From NCBI GenBank assembly GCA_035548055.1, contig DASZTL010000002.1:18017-82016 (forward strand): a stretch of 64,000 nucleotides of DNA. Direction: 5' to 3'. How positions within the stretch are numbered: the first letter of the stretch is position 1; each line of letters starts with the position of its first letter. The notes beneath the pieces were generated by a model. That model was given only the letters and a program-made list of their open reading frames with translations. It was not told where the DNA came from and searched no databases. The position numbers and the translations under genes were made by a program. Shown one piece after another: positions 62,539-64,000 of this stretch. The stretch is from Mycobacteriales bacterium. Lineage in GTDB: Bacteria; Actinomycetota; Actinomycetes; JAFAQI01.

Positions 62539-64000
62539 GTGACCGGGACCAAGCCCGCCGATGTTGACGTTGCCGTGGTCGGAGCCGGGTTCGCCGGGCT
62601 CTATCTGATCCACAAGCTTCGTGGACTGGGGTTCGACGTCCGCTGCTACGACCAGGCCGACGACGTCGGCGGGACCTGGTACTGGAACCGCTACCCGGGC
62701 GCGCGCTGTGACATCCCGACGACGGACTACACCTTCAGCTTCGACGAGGAGCTGGAACAGGCGTGGACGTGGTCGGAGAAGTACGCGACCCAGCCCGAGA
62801 TCCTCGACTACCTCCGCTTTGTCGCCGACCGATTCGACCTTCGTCGCGACATCGAGTTCGGCACTCGCGTCGACCAAGCCGTCTGGGACGACGCCGCTCG
62901 GGTCTGGCGGTTGCGCACGAGCGCCGGCGAGGAACTGACCTGCCGTTTCTACGTGATGGCGACCGGTTGTCTGTCGCTGCCGAAGCGTCCGGACATCGAA
63001 GGGGTCGATCGCTTCGCCGGTGAGGTCTACTTCACTGGCAAGTGGCCGCACGAGCCGGTCGACTTCACCGGCAAGCGCGTCGCGGTGATCGGCACCGGCT
63101 CGTCGGCGATCCAGGCGATTCCGCACATCGCCGAGCAGGCCGAGTCGCTGACCGTCTTCCAGCGGACGCCGGCGTACTCGATTCCGGCGCGCAACGGCCC
63201 GGCATCATCGGAACGCCTCGCTCAGATCGCGAAGGACCGCGCAGCGTACCGCGACGCCGCGAGATGGTCGCCGGGCGGAATCCCTGGCGAGTACGAAGAG
63301 AACTATGCGCTGCTCATGACGCCCGAGCAGCAGCGTGAGCGCTTCGAGAAGCGGTACGCAGAAGGAGAGCTGTTCGCGATCCTCGGCGTCTTCAACGACC
63401 AGAGCGCTCGCCTGCCGGCAAACGACATCGTGTCGGAGCTGATCCGCGAGAAGATCCGCGAGCGGGTCGCCGACCCGAAGGTCGCTGAGGCGCTGTGCCC
63501 GAAGGACTATCCGTTCGGTACGAAGCGGCCGTGTCTCGACACGAACTACTACGAGACGTACAACCTGCCGCACGTGCGACTCGTTGACGTGCGCGAGACA
63601 CCGATCGTGACCGTCACCGAGACCGGTATCGACACGTCCGCAGAGTCGCTGAACTTTGACGCGATCGTCTACGCGACCGGCTTCGACGCCATGACCGGGC
63701 CGCTGGTCAGCGTCGACATCACCGGGCGCGACGACGTGACGCTGAAGCAGAAGTGGGCAGACGGCCCGTCGACGTACCTCGGCCTGACCACCACCGGTTT
63801 TCCGAACTTCTTCACGATCACCGGGCCGGGCAGCCCATCGGTGCTGTCGAACATGGCGGTGTCGATCGAGCAGCACGTCGAATGGGTCGCGGACTGCTTG
63901 ACCTGGCTCCGTGACGAGGGGTACCGGACGATCGAGCCGACGCAGTCCGCCGAAGCCGGCTGGAACCAGCACGTCGCCGACTACGCGGCTTTGACGCTCA
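62539..64000 (+). CDS. Type I Baeyer-Villiger monooxygenase (cyclohexanone-monooxygenase-like), 3' end beyond the window
   Basis: Open frame from the GTG at 62539 to the window end. It is not in the ORF track because it has no stop. VAVVGAGFAGLY, GGTWYWNRYPGARCD, FAGEVYFTGKWP and VAVIGTGSSAIQ. Confidence 0.85.
   Translation, partial: MTGTKPADVDVAVVGAGFAGLYLIHKLRGLGFDVRCYDQADDVGGTWYWNRYPGARCDIPTTDYTFSFDEELEQAWTWSEKYATQPEILDYLRFVADRFDLRRDIEFGTRVDQAVWDDAARVWRLRTSAGEELTCRFYVMATGCLSLPKRPDIEGVDRFAGEVYFTGKWPHEPVDFTGKRVAVIGTGSSAIQAIPHIAEQAESLTVFQRTPAYSIPARNGPASSERLAQIAKDRAAYRDAARWSPGGIPGEYEENYALLMTPEQQRERFEKRYAEGELFAILGVFNDQSARLPANDIVSELIREKIRERVADPKVAEALCPKDYPFGTKRPCLDTNYYETYNLPHVRLVDVRETPIVTVTETGIDTSAESLNFDAIVYATGFDAMTGPLVSVDITGRDDVTLKQKWADGPSTYLGLTTTGFPNFFTITGPGSPSVLSNMAVSIEQHVEWVADCLTWLRDEGYRTIEPTQSAEAGWNQHVADYAALTL

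Noticed and set aside
62518-63972. Minus-strand ORFs 62518..63126 (202 aa) and 63205..63972 (255 aa)
   Set aside because: Both are antisense to the open-ended BVMO frame, which has GAGFAG, GGTWYWNRYPGARCD and GTGSSA motifs. The ORF track simply lacks the BVMO because it has no stop in the window.
1-64000. CRISPR arrays, tRNA/rRNA genes, IS elements, integrases, prophage or known defence-system genes
   Set aside because: Reading all intergenic gaps (the largest are about 166, 124, 123 and 114 bp) showed no direct-repeat arrays or cloverleaf-like segments. No ORF has transposase, recombinase, helicase or nuclease hallmarks. This was an inspection by eye only; tRNAscan, Infernal and ISfinder searches would be needed to be certain.

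Overview
High-GC (about 70% by eye) actinobacterial chromosomal segment, almost fully coding. I support about 55 protein genes. I saw no rRNA, tRNA, CRISPR array, transposase, integrase or recognisable defence or toxin genes. In order, the window holds:
- nadB (5' partial) and nadC, a crotonase, a FUSC-type membrane protein, a DUF421 pair, a secreted PQQ-like beta-propeller, an orphan DPPY DNA methyltransferase, and a TetR/DUF4242 divergent pair with three operator-like palindromes.
- A long minus-strand array (20.4 to 9.8 kb): GH3 glycosidase, tannase-like hydrolase, RsbW-like kinase, membrane sensor PP2C phosphatase, and two uncharacterised secreted or anchored proteins.
- VOC and SRPBCC genes, then a complete mce locus (yrbEA/B, mceA-F, one Mce-associated protein) chained by 4-nt start/stop overlaps.
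- A lipid/xenobiotic oxidation neighbourhood: three TetR regulators, an EphD-like hydrolase-SDR fusion, two PF10118-like metal hydrolases, an EthA-like monooxygenase, an alkylsulfatase-like MBL hydrolase, a desaturase plus methyltransferase, and a frameshifted alpha/beta hydrolase.
- A four-domain fused branched-chain-type ABC importer with its binding protein and an unknown anchored protein.
- DUF4395 and nitronate monooxygenase, a lower-GC 14-cysteine secreted protein, a YtrA-type GntR plus ABC pair, two large secreted hydrolases, and a 3'-truncated type I BVMO.

The most unusual items are the single-polypeptide ABC importer, the Cys-rich secreted protein with its two-palindrome control region, the signalling-plus-secreted-protein operon, the orphan methyltransferase, and the BVMO with a substituted fingerprint histidine. 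None amounts to a clearly defined new system. All functional calls are motif recognition by eye; no searches were run.
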